The position numbers were made by a program, and so were the translations under genes. Shown here piece by piece: positions 1-15,000 of a stretch of DNA of 64,000 nucleotides (position 1 is the first letter of the stretch; each line of letters begins with the position of its first letter). The notes under the pieces were generated by a model, which was given only the letters and a program-made list of their open reading frames with translations, searched no databases and had not been told where the DNA came from. Source of the DNA: Balanoglossus misakiensis (lineage: Eukaryota > Animalia > Hemichordata); assembly GCA_040954595.2 (NCBI GenBank), contig CM082579.2, positions 14,137,834-14,201,833 on the forward strand, in the 5' to 3' direction.

Positions 1-3000
1 GAAATTTTGAGATTTTGCAAAGACAAAAATTTTTCATTTTTTGATGATTTTCACCCGTGATTTTTTTCAAAAATCGACAAACTTTTGGGATTTTGCAAAG
101 TCGAAAATTTGACATTTTTTGATGATTTTCACCCATGTTTTTTTTCAAAAATCAACGAACCTATGATTTTTTTTCAAAAATCGACGAAATTTGAGATTTT
201 GCAAATTCGAAAATTTGTAATTTTTTAATGATTTTCACCCTTTTTTTTCAAAAATCAACGAACCCATGATTTTTTTTCAAAAATCGACAAAATTTTGAGA
301 TTTTGCAAAGCCGAAAATTTGTCATTTTTTGATGATTTTCACCCATGATTTTTTTCAAAAATCGACGAAATTTTGAGATTTTGCAAAGTCGAAAATTTGT
401 CATTTTTTGATGATTTTCACCCATGATTTTTTTCAAAAATCGACGAAATTTGAGATTTTGCAAAGTCGAAAATTTGTCATTTTTTGATGATTTTCACCCA
501 TGATTTTTTTCAAAAATCGACGAAATTTTGAGATTTTGCAAAGTCGAAAATTTGTCATTTTTTGATGATTTTCACCCATGATTTTTTTTCAAAAATCTGC
601 GAAATTTTGAGATTTTGCAAAGTCGAAAATTTGTAATTTTTTGATGATTTTCACCCATGATTTTTTTTCAAAAAATCGACGAAATTTTGAGATTTTGCAA
701 AGTCGAAAATTTGTCATTTTTTGATTATTTTCACCCATGTTTTTTTCAAAATTGAACGAACCCATGATTTTTTTCAAAAATCGACAAAATTTTGAGATTT
801 TGCAAAGACGAAAATTTGTCATTTTTTGATGATTTTCACCCATGATTTTTTTCAAAAGTCGACGAAATTTTGAGATTTTGCAAAGACAAAAATTTTTCAT
901 TTTTTGATGATTTTCACCCGTGATTTTTTTCAAAAATCGACAAACTTTTGGGATTTTGCAAAGTCGAAAATTTGACATTTTTTGATGATTTTCACCCATG
1001 TTTTTTTTCAAAAATCAACGAACCTATGATTTTTTTTCAAAAATCGACGAAATTTGAGATTTTGCAAATTCGAAAATTTGTAATTTTTTAATGATTTTCA
1101 CCCTTTTTTTTCAAAAATCAACGAACCCATGATTTTTTTTCAAAAATCGACAAAATTTTGAGATTTTGCAAAGCCGAAAATTTGTCATTTTTTGATGATT
1201 TTCACCCATGATTTTTTTCAAAAATCGACGAAATTTTGAGATTTTGCAAAGTCGAAAATTTGTCATTTTTTGATGATTTTCACCCATGATTTTTTTCAAA
1301 AATCGACGAAATTTGAGATTTTGCAAAGTCGAAAATTTGTCATTTTTTGATGATTTTCACCCATGATTTTTTTCAAAAATCGACGAAATTTTGAGATTTT
1401 GCAAAGTCGAAAATTTGTCATTTTTTGATGATTTTCACCCATGATTTTTTTTCAAAAATCTGCGAAATTTTGAGATTTTGCAAAGTCGAAAATTTGTAAT
1501 TTTTTGATGATTTTCACCCATGATTTTTTTTCAAAAAATCGACGAAATTTTGAGATTTTGCAAAGTCGAAAATTTGTCATTTTTTGATTATTTTCACCCA
1601 TGATTTTTTTTTTCAAAAATCGACAAAATTTTGAGATTTTGCAAAGTCGAAAATGTGTCATTTTTTGATGATTTTCACCCATGATTTTTTTCAAAAATCG
1701 ACGAAATTTGAGATTTTGCAAAGTCGAAAATTTTTCATTTTTTGATGATTTTCACCCATGATTTTTCTCAAAAATTGACGAAATTTTGAGATTTTGCAAA
1801 GTCGAAAATTTGTCATTTTTTGATGATTTTCACCATGATTTTTTTTTTAAAAATCGACGAAATTTTGAGATTTTGCAAAGTCGAAAATTTGTCATTTTTT
1901 GATGATTTTCACCCATGATTTTTTTCAAAAATCGACGAAATTTGAGATTTTGCAAAGTCAAAAATTTGTCATTTTTTGATGATTTTCACCCATGATTTTT
2001 TTCAAAAATCGACGAAATTTTGAGATTTTGCAAAGTCGAAAATTTGTCATTTTTTGATTATTTTCACCCATGATTTTTTTCAAAAGTCGACGAAATTTTG
2101 AGATTTTGCAAAGACAAAAATTTGTAATTTTTTGATGATTTTCACCAATGTTTTTTTTTAAAAATCAACGAACCCATGATTTTTTTCAAAAATCGACGAA
2201 ATTTGAGATTTTGCAAATTCGAAAATTTGTAATTTTTTAATGATTTTCACCCTTTTTTTTCAAAAATCAACGAACCCATGATTTTTTTTCAAAAATCGAC
2301 AAAATTTTGAGATTTTGCAAAGCCGAAAATTTGTCATTTTTTGATGATTTTCACCCATGATTTTTTTCAAAAATCGACGAAATTTTGAGATTTTGCAAAG
2401 TCGAAAATTTGTCATTTTTTGATGATTTTCACCCATGATTTTTTTCAAAAATCGACGAAATTTGAGATTTTGCAAAGTCGAAAATTTGTCATTTTTTGAT
2501 GATTTTCACCCATGATTTTTTTCAAAAATCGACGAAATTTTGAGATTTTGCAAAGTCGAAAATTTGTCATTTTTTGATGATTTTCACCCATGATTTTTTT
2601 TCAAAAATCTGCGAAATTTTGAGATTTTGCAAAGTCGAAAATTTGTCATTTTTTGATGATTTTCACCCATGATTTTTTTTCAAAAAATCGACGAAATTTT
2701 GAGATTTTGCAAAGTCGAAAATTTGTCATTTTTTGATTATTTTCACCCATGATTTTTTTTTTCAAAAATCGACAAAATTTTGAGATTTTGCAAAGTCGAA
2801 AATGTGTCATTTTTTGATGATTTTCACCCATGATTTTTTTCAAAAATCGACGAAATTTGAGATTTTGCAAAGTCGAAAATTTTTCGTTTTTTGATGATTT
2901 TCACCCATGATTTTTCTCAAAAATTGACGAAATTTTGAGATTTTGCAAAGTCGAAAATTTGTCATTTTTTGATGATTTTCACCCATGTTTTTTTCAAAAT

Positions 3001-6000
3001 TGAACGAACCCATGATTTTTTTCAAAAATCGACAAAATTTTGAGATTTTGCAAAGACGAAAATTTGTCATTTTTTGATGATTTTCACCCATGATTTTTTT
3101 CAAAAGTCGACGAAATTTTGAGATTTTGCAAAGACAAAAATTTTTCATTTTTTGATGATTTTCACCCGTGATTTTTTTCAAAAATCGACAAACTTTTGGG
3201 ATTTTGCAAAGTCGAAAATTTGACATTTTTTGATGATTTTCACCCATGTTTTTTTTCAAAAATCAACGAACCTATGATTTTTTTTCAAAAATCGACGAAA
3301 TTTGAGATTTTGCAAATTCGAAAATTTGTAATTTTTTAATGATTTTCACCCTTTTTTTTCAAAAATCAACGAACCCATGATTTTTTTTCAAAAATCGACA
3401 AAATTTTGAGATTTTGCAAAGCCGAAAATTTGTCATTTTTTGATGATTTTCACCCATGATTTTTTTCAAAAATCGACGAAATTTTGAGATTTTGCAAAGT
3501 CGAAAATTTGTCATTTTTTGATGATTTTCACCCATGATTTTTTTCAAAAATCGACGAAATTTGAGATTTTGCAAAGTCGAAAATTTGTCATTTTTTGATG
3601 ATTTTCACCCATGATTTTTTTCAAAAATCGACGAAATTTTGAGATTTTGCAAAGTCGAAAATTTGTCATTTTTTGATGATTTTCACCCATGATTTTTTTT
3701 CAAAAATCTGCGAAATTTTGAGATTTTGCAAAGTCGAAAATTTGTAATTTTTTGATGATTTTCACCCATGATTTTTTTTCAAAAAATCGACGAAATTTTG
3801 AGATTTTGCAAAGTCGAAAATTTGTCATTTTTTGATTATTTTCACCCATGATTTTTTTTTTCAAAAATCGACAAAATTTTGAGATTTTGCAAAGTCGAAA
3901 ATGTGTCATTTTTTGATGATTTTCACCCATGATTTTTTTCAAAAATCGACGAAATTTGAGATTTTGCAAAGTCGAAAATTTTTCATTTTTTGATGATTTT
4001 CACCCATGATTTTTCTCAAAAATTGACGAAATTTTGAGATTTTGCAAAGTCGAAAATTTGTCATTTTTTGATGATTTTCACCCATGTTTTTTTCAAAATT
4101 GAACGAACCCATGATTTTTTTCAAAAATCGACAAAATTTTGAGATTTTGCAAAGACGAAAATTTGTCATTTTTTGATGATTTTCACCCATGATTTTTTTC
4201 AAAAGTCGACGAAATTTTGAGATTTTGCAAAGACAAAAATTTTTCATTTTTTGATGATTTTCACCCGTGATTTTTTTCAAAAATCGACAAACTTTTGGGA
4301 TTTTGCAAAGTCGAAAATTTGACATTTTTTGATGATTTTCACCCATGTTTTTTTTCAAAAATCAACGAACCTATGATTTTTTTTCAAAAATCGACAAAAT
4401 TTTGAGATTTTGCAAAGCCGAAAATTTGTCATTTTTTGATGATTTTCACCCATGATTTTTTTCAAAAATCGACGAAATTTTGAGATTTTGCAAAGTCGAA
4501 AATTTGTCATTTTTTGATGATTTTCACCCATGATTTTTTTCAAAAATCGACGAAATTTTGAGATTTTGCAAAGTCGAAAATTTGTCATTTTTTGATGATT
4601 TTCACCCATGATTTTTTTCAAAAATCGACGAAATTTGAGATTTTGCAAAGTCAAAAATTTGTCATTTTTTGATGATTTTCACCCATGATTTTTTTCAAAA
4701 ATCGACGAAATTTTGAGATTTTGCAAAGTCGAAAATTTGTCATTTTTTGATGATTTTCACCCATGATTTTTTTTTCAAAAACCGACAAAATTTTGAGATT
4801 TTGCAAAGTCGAAAATTTGTCATTTTTTGATTATTTTCACCCATGATTTTTCTCAAAAATTGACGAAATTTTGAGATTTTGCAAAGTCGAAAATTTGTCA
4901 TTTTTTGATGATTTTCACCCATGTTTTTTTCAAAATTGAACGAACCCATGATTTTTTTCAAAAATCGACAAAATTTTGAGATTTTGCAAAGACGAAAATT
5001 TGTCATTTTTTGATGATTTTCACCCATGATTTTTTTCAAAAGTCGACGAAATTTTGAGATTTTGCAAAGACAAAAATTTTTCATTTTTTGATGATTTTCA
5101 CCCGTGATTTTTTTCAAAAATCGACAAACTTTTGGGATTTTGCAAAGTCGAAAATTTGACATTTTTTGATGATTTTCACCCATGTTTTTTTTCAAAAATC
5201 AACGAACCTATGATTTTTTTTCAAAAATCGACGAAATTTGAGATTTTGCAAATTCGAAAATTTGTAATTTTTTAATGATTTTCACCCTTTTTTTTCAAAA
5301 ATCAACGAACCCATGATTTTTTTTCAAAAATCGACAAAATTTTGAGATTTTGCAAAGCCGAAAATTTGTCATTTTTTGATGATTTTCACCCATGATTTTT
5401 TTCAAAAATCGACGAAATTTTGAGATTTTGCAAAGTCGAAAATTTGTCATTTTTTGATGATTTTCACCCATGATTTTTTTCAAAAATCGACGAAATTTGA
5501 GATTTTGCAAAGTCGAAAATTTGTCATTTTTTGATGATTTTCACCCATGATTTTTTTCAAAAATCGACGAAATTTTGAGATTTTGCAAAGTCGAAAATTT
5601 GTCATTTTTTGATGATTTTCACCCATGATTTTTTTTCAAAAATCTGCGAAATTTTGAGATTTTGCAAAGTCGAAAATTTGTAATTTTTTGATGATTTTCA
5701 CCCATGATTTTTTTTCAAAAAATCGACGAAATTTTGAGATTTTGCAAAGTCGAAAATTTGTCATTTTTTGATTATTTTCACCCATGATTTTTTTTTTCAA
5801 AAATCGACAAAATTTTGAGATTTTGCAAAGTCGAAAATGTGTCATTTTTTGATGATTTTCACCCATGATTTTTTTCAAAAATCGACGAAATTTGAGATTT
5901 TGCAAAGTCGAAAATTTTTCATTTTTTGATGATTTTCACCCATGATTTTTCTCAAAAATTGACGAAATTTTGAGATTTTGCAAAGTCGAAAATTTGTCAT

Positions 6001-9000
6001 TTTTTGATGATTTTCACCCATGTTTTTTTCAAAATTGAACGAACCCATGATTTTTTTCAAAAATCGACAAAATTTTGAGATTTTGCAAAGACGAAAATTT
6101 GTCATTTTTTGATGATTTTCACCCATGATTTTTTTCAAAAGTCGACGAAATTTTGAGATTTTGCAAAGACAAAAATTTTTCATTTTTTGATGATTTTCAC
6201 CCGTGATTTTTTTCAAAAATCGACAAACTTTTGGGATTTTGCAAAGTCGAAAATTTGACATTTTTTGATGATTTTCACCCATGTTTTTTTTCAAAAATCA
6301 ACGAACCTATGATTTTTTTTCAAAAATCGACAAAATTTTGAGATTTTGCAAAGCCGAAAATTTGTCATTTTTTGATGATTTTCACCCATGATTTTTTTCA
6401 AAAATCGACGAAATTTTGAGATTTTGCAAAGTCGAAAATTTGTCATTTTTTGATGATTTTCACCCATGATTTTTTTCAAAAATCGACGAAATTTTGAGAT
6501 TTTGCAAAGTCGAAAATTTGTCATTTTTTGATGATTTTCACCCATGATTTTTTTTTCAAAAACCGACAAAATTTTGAGATTTTGCAAAGTCGAAAATTTG
6601 TCATTTTTTGATTATTTTCACCCATGATTTTTTTCAAAAGTCGACGAAATTTTGAGATTTTGCAAAGACAAAAATTTGTAATTTTTTGATGATTTTCACC
6701 AATGTTTTTTTTTAAAAATCAACGAACCCATGATTTTTTTCAAAAATCGACGAAATTTGAGATTTTGCAAATTCGAAAATTTGTAATTTTTTAATGATTT
6801 TCACCCTTTTTTTTCAAAAATCAACGAACCCATGATTTTTTTTCAAAAATCGACAAAATTTTGAGATTTTGCAAAGCCGAAAATTTGTCATTTTTTGATG
6901 ATTTTCACCCATGATTTTTTTCAAAAATCGACGAAATTTTGAGATTTTGCAAAGTCGAAAATTTGACATTTTTGGATGATTTTCACCCATGTTTTTTTTC
7001 AAAAATCAACGAACCTATGATTTTTTTTCAAAAATCGACAAAATTTTGAGATTTTGCAAAGCCGAAAATTTGTCATTTTTTGATGATTTTCACCCATGAT
7101 TTTTTTCAAAAATCGACGAAATTTTGAGATTTTGCAAAGTCGAAAATTTGTCATTTTTTGATGATTTTCACCCATGATTTTTTTCAAAAATCGACGAAAT
7201 TTTGAGATTTTGCAAAGTCGAAAATTTGTCATTTTTTGATGATTTTCACCCATGATTTTTTTCAAAAATCGACGAAATTTGAGATTTTGCAAAGTCAAAA
7301 ATTTGTCATTTTTTGATGATTTTCACCCATGATTTTTTTCAAAAATCGACGAAATTTTGAGATTTTGCAAAGTCGAAAATTTGTCATTTTTTGATGATTT
7401 TCACCCATGATTTTTTTTTCAAAAACCGACAAAATTTTGAGATTTTGCAAAGTCGAAAATTTGTCATTTTTTGATGATTTTCACCCATGATTTTTTTCAA
7501 AAATCGACGAAATTTGAGATTTTGCAAAGTCGAAAATTTGTCATTTTTTGATGATTTTCACCCATGATTTTTTTCAAAAATCGACGAAATTTTGAGATTT
7601 TGCAAAGTCGAAAATTTGTCATTTTTTGATGATTTTCACCCATGATTTTTTTTCAAAAATCTGCGAAATTTTGAGATTTTGCAAAGTCGAAAATTTGTCA
7701 TTTTTTGATGATTTTCACCCATGATTTTTTTTCAAAAAATCGACGAAATTTTGAGATTTTGCAAAGTCGAAAATTTGTCATTTTTTGATTATTTTCACCC
7801 ATGATTTTTTTTTTCAAAAATCGACAAAATTTTGAGATTTTGCAAAGTCGAAAATGTGTCATTTTTTGATGATTTTCACCCATGATTTTTTTCAAAAATC
7901 GACGAAATTTGAGATTTTGCAAAGTCGAAAATTTTTCATTTTTTGATGATTTTCACCCATGATTTTTCTCAAAAATTGACGAAATTTTGAGATTTTGCAA
8001 AGTCGAAAATTTGTCATTTTTTGATGATTTTCACCCATGTTTTTTTCAAAATTGAACGAACCCATGATTTTTTTCAAAAATCGACAAAATTTTGAGATTT
8101 TGCAAAGACGAAAATTTGTCATTTTTTGATGATTTTCACCCATGATTTTTTTCAAAAGTCGACGAAATTTTGAGATTTTGCAAAGACAAAAATTTTTCAT
8201 TTTTTGATGATTTTCACCCGTGATTTTTTTCAAAAATCGACAAACTTTTGGGATTTTGCAAAGTCGAAAATTTGACATTTTTTGATGATTTTCACCCATG
8301 TTTTTTTTCAAAAATCAACGAACCTATGATTTTTTTTCAAAAATCGACAAAATTTTGAGATTTTGCAAAGCCGAAAATTTGTCATTTTTTGATGATTTTC
8401 ACCCATGATTTTTTTCAAAAATCGACGAAATTTTGAGATTTTGCAAAGTCGAAAATTTGTCATTTTTTGATGATTTTCACCCATGATTTTTTTCAAAAAT
8501 CGACGAAATTTTGAGATTTTGCAAAGTCGAAAATTTGTCATTTTTTGATGATTTTCACCCATGATTTTTTTCAAAAATCGACGAAATTTGAGATTTTGCA
8601 AAGTCAAAAATTTGTCATTTTTTGATGATTTTCACCCATGATTTTTTTCAAAAATCGACGAAATTTTGAGATTTTGCAAAGTCGAAAATTTGTCATTTTT
8701 TGATGATTTTCACCCATGATTTTTTTTTCAAAAACCGACAAAATTTTGAGATTTTGCAAAGTCGAAAATTTGTCATTTTTTGATTATTTTCACCCATGAT
8801 TTTTTTCAAAAGTCGACGAAATTTTGAGATTTTGCAAAGACAAAAATTTGTAATTTTTTGATGATTTTCACCCATGATTTTTTTCAAAAGTCGACGAAAT
8901 TTTGAGATTTTGCAAAGACAATTTTTTTTCATTTTTTGATGATTTTCACCCGTGATTTTTTTCAAAAATAGACAAAATTTTGAGATTTTGCAAAGACGAA

Positions 9001-12000
9001 AATTTGTCAATTTTTGATGATTTTCACCCATGATTTTTTTCAAAAGTCGACGAAATTTTGAGATTTTGCAAAGACAAAATTTTTTCATTTTTTGATGATT
9101 TTCACCCGTGATTTTTTTCAAAAATAGACAAAATTTTGAGATTTTGCAAAGTCGAAAATTTGTCATTTTTTGATGATTTTCACCATGATTTTTTTTTTAA
9201 AAATCGACGAAATTTTGAGATTTTGCAAAGACGAAAATTTGTCATTTTTTGATGATTTTCACCCATGATTTTTTTTCAAAAATGTACGAAATTTTGAGAT
9301 TTTGCAAAGTCGAAAATTTGTCGTTTTTTGATGATTTTCACCCATGATTTTTTTTTCAAAAATGTACAAAAATTTTGAGATTTTGCAAAGTCGAAAATTT
9401 GTCATTTTTTGATGATTTTCACCCATGATTTTTTTCAAAAATCGACAAAATTTTTAGATTTTGCAAAGTCGAAAATTTGTCATTTTTTGATTATTTTCAC
9501 CCATGATTTTTTTCAAAAATCGACAAAATTTTTAGATTTTGCAAAGTCGAAAATTTGTCATTTTTTGATGATTTTCACCATGATTTTTTTTTAAAAATCG
9601 ACGAAATTTTGAGATTTTGCAAAGACGAAAATTTGTCATTTTTTGATGATTTTCACCCATGTTTTTTTCAAAAATCAACGAACCCATGATTTTTTTTCAA
9701 AAAAGGACAAAATTTTGAGATTTTGCAAAGTCGAAAATTTGTCATTTATTAATGATTTTCACCCATGATTTTTTTTCAAAAATCGACAAAATTTTGAGAT
9801 TTTGCAAAGTCGAAAATTTGTAATTTTTTGATGATTTTCACCCATGTTTTTTTTCAAAATTGAACGAACCCATGATTTTTTTCAAAAATCGACAAAATTT
9901 TGAGATTTTGCAAAGACGAAAATTTGTCATTTTTTGATGATTTTCACCCATGATTTTTTTCAAAAGTCGACGAAATTTTGAGATTTTGCAAAGACAAATT
10001 TTTTTCATTTTTTGATGATTTTCATCCGTGATTTTTTTCAAAAATAGACAAAATTTTGAGATTTTGCAAAGTCGAAAATTTGTCATTTTTTGATGATTTT
10101 CACCCATGTTTTTTTCAAAAATCAACGAACCCATGATTTTTTTTCAAAAAAGGACAAAATTTTGAGATTTTGCAAAGTCGAAAATTTGTCATTTATTAAT
10201 GATTTTCACCCATGATTTTTTTTCAAAAATCGACAAAATTTTGAGATTTTGCAAAGTCGAAAATTTGTAATTTTTTGATGATTTTCACCCATGTTTTTTT
10301 TCAAAATTGAACGAACCCATGATTTTTTTCAAAAATCGACAAAATTTTGAGATTTTGCAAAGACGAAAATTTGTCATTTTTTGATGATTTTCACCCATGA
10401 TTTTTTTCAAAAGTCGACGAAATTTTGAGATTTTGCAAAGACAAATTTTTTTCATTTTTTGATGATTTTCATCCGTGATTTTTTTCAAAAATAGACAAAA
10501 TTTTGAGATTTTGCAAAGTCGAAAATTTGTAATTTTTTGATGATTTTCACCCATGTTTTTTTTCAAAATTGAACGAACCCATGATTTTTTTCAAAAATCG
10601 ACGAAATTTTGAGATTTTGCAAAGTCGAAAATTTGTCATTTTTTGATGATTTTCACCATGATTTTTTTTTAAAAATCGACGAAATTTTGAGATTTTGCAA
10701 AGACGAAAATTTGTCATTTTTTGATGATTTTCACCAATGTTTTTTTTCAAAAATCAACGAACCCATGATTTTTTTTCAAAAAAGGACAAAATTTTGAGAT
10801 TTTGCAAAGTCGAAAATTTGTCATTTATTAATGATTTTCACCCATGATTTTTATTCAAAAATCGACAAAATTTTGAGATTTTGCAAAGTCGAAAATTTGT
10901 AATTTTTTGATGATTTTCACCCATGTTTTTTTTCAAAATTGAACGAACCCATGATTTTTTTCAAAAATCGACGAAATTTTGAGATTTTGCAAAGTCGAAA
11001 ATTTGTCATTTTTTGATGATTTTCACCCATGTTCTTTTTCAAAATTGAACGAACCCATGATTTTTTTCAAAAATCGACGAAATTTTGAGATTTTGCAAAG
11101 TCGAAAATTTGTCATTTTTTGATGATTTTCACCCATGATTTTTTTCAAAAATCGACAAAATTTTTAGATTTTGCAAAGTCGAAAATTTGTCATTTTTTGA
11201 TTATTTTCACCCATGATTTTTTTTCAAAAATCGACAAAATTTTGAGATTTTGCAAAGTCGAAAATTTGTAATTTTTTGATGATTTTCACCCATGTTTTTT
11301 TCAAAATTGAACGAACCCATGATTTTTTTTCAAAAATCGACGAAATTTTGAGATTTTGCAAAGTCGAAAATTTGTCATTTTTTGATGATTTTCATCCATG
11401 ATTTTTTTCAAAAATCGACAAAATTTTTAGATTTTGCAAAGTCGAAAATTTGTCATATTTTGATTATTTTCACCCATGATTTTTTTCAAAAATCGACAAA
11501 ATTTTTAGATTTTGCAAAGTCGAAAATTTGTCATTTTTTGATGATTTTCACCATGATTTTTTTTTAAAAATCGACGAAATTTTGAGATTTTGCAAAGACG
11601 AAAATTTGTCATTTTTTGATGATTTTCACCCATGATTTTTTTTTCAAAAATCGACAAAATTTTTAGATTTTGCAAAGTCGAAAATTTGTCATTTTTTGAT
11701 GATTTTCACCATGATTTTTTTTTAAAAATCGACGAAATTTTGAGATTTTGCAAAGACGAAAATTTGTCATTTTTTGATGATTTTCACCATGATTTTTTTT
11801 TAAAAATCGACGAAATTTTGAGATTTTGCAAAGACGAAAATTTGTCATTTTTTGATAATTTTTACCCATGTTTTTTTCAAAAATCAACGAACCCATGATT
11901 TTTTTTCAAAAAAGGACAAAATTTTGAGATTTTGCAAAGTCGAAAATTTGTCATTTATTAATGATTTTCACCCATGATTTTTTTTCAAAAATCGACAAAA

Positions 12001-15000
12001 TTTTGAGATTTTGCAAAGACAATTTTTTTTCATTTTTTGATGATTTTCACCCGTGATTTTTTTCAAAAATAGACAAAATTTTGAGATTTTGCAAAGTCGA
12101 AAATTTGTAATTTTTTGATGATTTTCACCCGTTTTTTTTCAAAATTGAACGAACCCATGATTTTTTTCAAAAATCGACGAAATTTTGAGATTTTGCAAAG
12201 TCGAAAATTTGTCATTTTTTGATGATTTTCACCATGATTTTTTTTTAAAAATCGACGAAATTTTGAGATTTTGCAAAGACGAAAATTTGTCATTTTTTGA
12301 TGATTTTCACCCATGTTTTTTTTCAAAAATCAACGAACCCATGATTTTTTTTCAAAAAAGGACAAAATTTTGAGATTTTGCAAAGTCGAAAATTTGTCAT
12401 TTATTAATGATTTTCATCCATGATTTTTATTCAAAAATCGACAAAATTTTGAGATTTTGCAAAGTCGAAAATTTGTAATTTTTTGATGATTTTCACCCAT
12501 GTTTTTTTTCAAAATTGAACGAACCCATGATTTTTTTCAAAAATCGACCAAATTTTGAGATTTTGCAAAGTCGAAAATTTGTCATTTTTTGATGATTTTC
12601 ACCCATGACTTTTTTCAAAAATCGACAAAATTTTTAGATTTTGCAAAGTCGAAAATTTGTCATTTTTTGATTATTTTCACCCATGATTTTTTTCAAAAAT
12701 CGACAAAATTTTTAGATTTTGCAAAGTCGAAAATTTGTCATTTTTTGATGATTTTCACCATGATTTTTTTTTTAAAAATCGACGAAATTTTGAGATTTTG
12801 CAAAGACGAAAATTTGTCATTTTTTGATGATTTTCACCCATGATTTTTTTTCAAAAATGTACGAAATTTTGAGATTTTGCAAAGTCGAAAATTTGTCGTT
12901 TTTTGATGATTTTCACCGATGATTTTTTTTCCAAAAATGTACAAAAATTTTGAGATTTTGCAAAGTCGAAAATTTGTCATTTTTTGATGATTTTCACCCA
13001 TGATTTTTTTCAAAAATCGACAAAATTTTTAGATTTTGCAAAGTCGAAAATTTGTCATTTTTTGATTATTTTCACCCATGATTTTTTTCAAAAATCGACA
13101 AATTTTTTAGATTTTGCAAAGTCGAAAATTTGTCATTTTTTGATGATTTTCACCATGATTTTTTTTTAAAAATCGACGAAATTTTGAGATTTTGCAAAGA
13201 CGAAAATTTGTCATTTTTTGATGATTTTCACCCATGTTTTTTTCAAAAATCAACGAACCCATGATTTTTTTTTCAAAAAAGGACAAAATTTTGAGATTTT
13301 GCAAAGTCGAAAATTTGTCATTTATTAATGATTTTCACCCATGATTTTTTTTCAAAAATCGACAAAATTTTGAGATTTTGCAAAGTCGAAAATTTGTAAT
13401 TTTTTGATGATTTTCACCCATGTTTTTTTTCAAAATTGAACGAACCCATGATTTTTTTCAAAAATCGACAAAATTTTGAGATTTTGCAAAGACGAAAATT
13501 TGTCATTTTTTGATGATTTTCACCCATGATTTTTTTCAAAAGTCGACGAAATTTTGAGATTTTGCAAAGACAAATTTTTTTCATTTTTTGATGATTTTCA
13601 CCCGTGATTTTTTTCAAAAATAGACAAAATTTTGAGATTTTGCAAAGTCGAAAATTTTTAATTTTTTGATGATTTTCACCCATGTTTTTTTTCAAAATTG
13701 AACGAACCCATGATTTTTTTCAAAAATCGACGAAATTTTGAGATTTTGCAAAGTCGAAAATTTGTCATTTTTTGATGATTTTCACCATGATTTTTTTTTA
13801 AAAATCGACGAAATTTTGAGATTTTGCAAAGACGAAAATTTGTCATTTTTTGATGATTTTCACCCATGTTTTTTTCAAAAATCAACGAACCCATGATTTT
13901 TTTTCAAAAAAGGACAAAATTTTGAGATTTTGCAAAGTCGAAAATTTGTCATTTATTAATGATTTTCACCCATGATTTTTTTTCAAAAATCGACAAAATT
14001 TTGAGATTTTGCAAAGTCGAAAATTTGTAATTTTTTGATGATTTTCACCCATGTTTTTTTTCAAAATTGAACGAACCCATGATTTTTTTCAAAAATCGAC
14101 AAAATTTTGAGATTTTGCAAAGACGAAAATTTGTCATTTTTTGATGATTTTCACCCATGATTTTTTTCAAAAGTCGACGAAATTTTGAGATTTTGCAAAG
14201 ACAAATTTTTTTCATTTTTTGATGATTTTCATCCGTGATTTTTTTCAAAAATAGACAAAATTTTGAGATTTTGCAAAGTCGAAAATTTGTAATTTTTTGA
14301 TGATTTTCACCCATGTTTTTTTTCAAAATTGAACGAACCCATGATTTTTTTTAAAAATCGACGAAATTTTGAGATTTTGCAAAGACGAAAATTTGTCATT
14401 TTTTGATGATTTTCACCATGATTTTTTTTTAAAAATCGACGAAATTTTGAGATTTTGCAAAGACGAAAATTTGTCATTTTTTGATGATTTTCACCCATGT
14501 TTTTTTTCAAAAATCAACGAACCCATGATTTTTTTTCAAAAAAGGACAACATTTTGAGATTTTGCAAAGTCGAAAATTTGTCATTTTTTGATGATTTTCA
14601 CCCATGATTTTTCTCAAAAATCGACGAAATTTTGAGATTTTGCAAAGTCGAAAATTTGTCATTTTTTGATGATTTTCACCCATGATTTTTTTTCAAAAAT
14701 CGACGAAATTTTGAGATTTTGCAAAGTCGAAAATTTGTCATTTATTAATGATTTTCACCCATGATTTTTTTTCAAAAATCGACAAAATTTTGAGATTTTG
14801 CAAAGTTGAAAATTTGTAATTTTTTGATGATTTTCACCCATGTTTTTTTTCAAAATTGAACGAACCCATGATTTTTTTCAAAAATCGACGAAATTTTGAG
14901 ATTTTGCAAAGTCGAAAATTTGTCATTTTTTGATGATTTTCACCCATGATTTTTTTTCAAAAATCGACAAAATTTTTAGATTTTGCAAAGTCGAAAATTT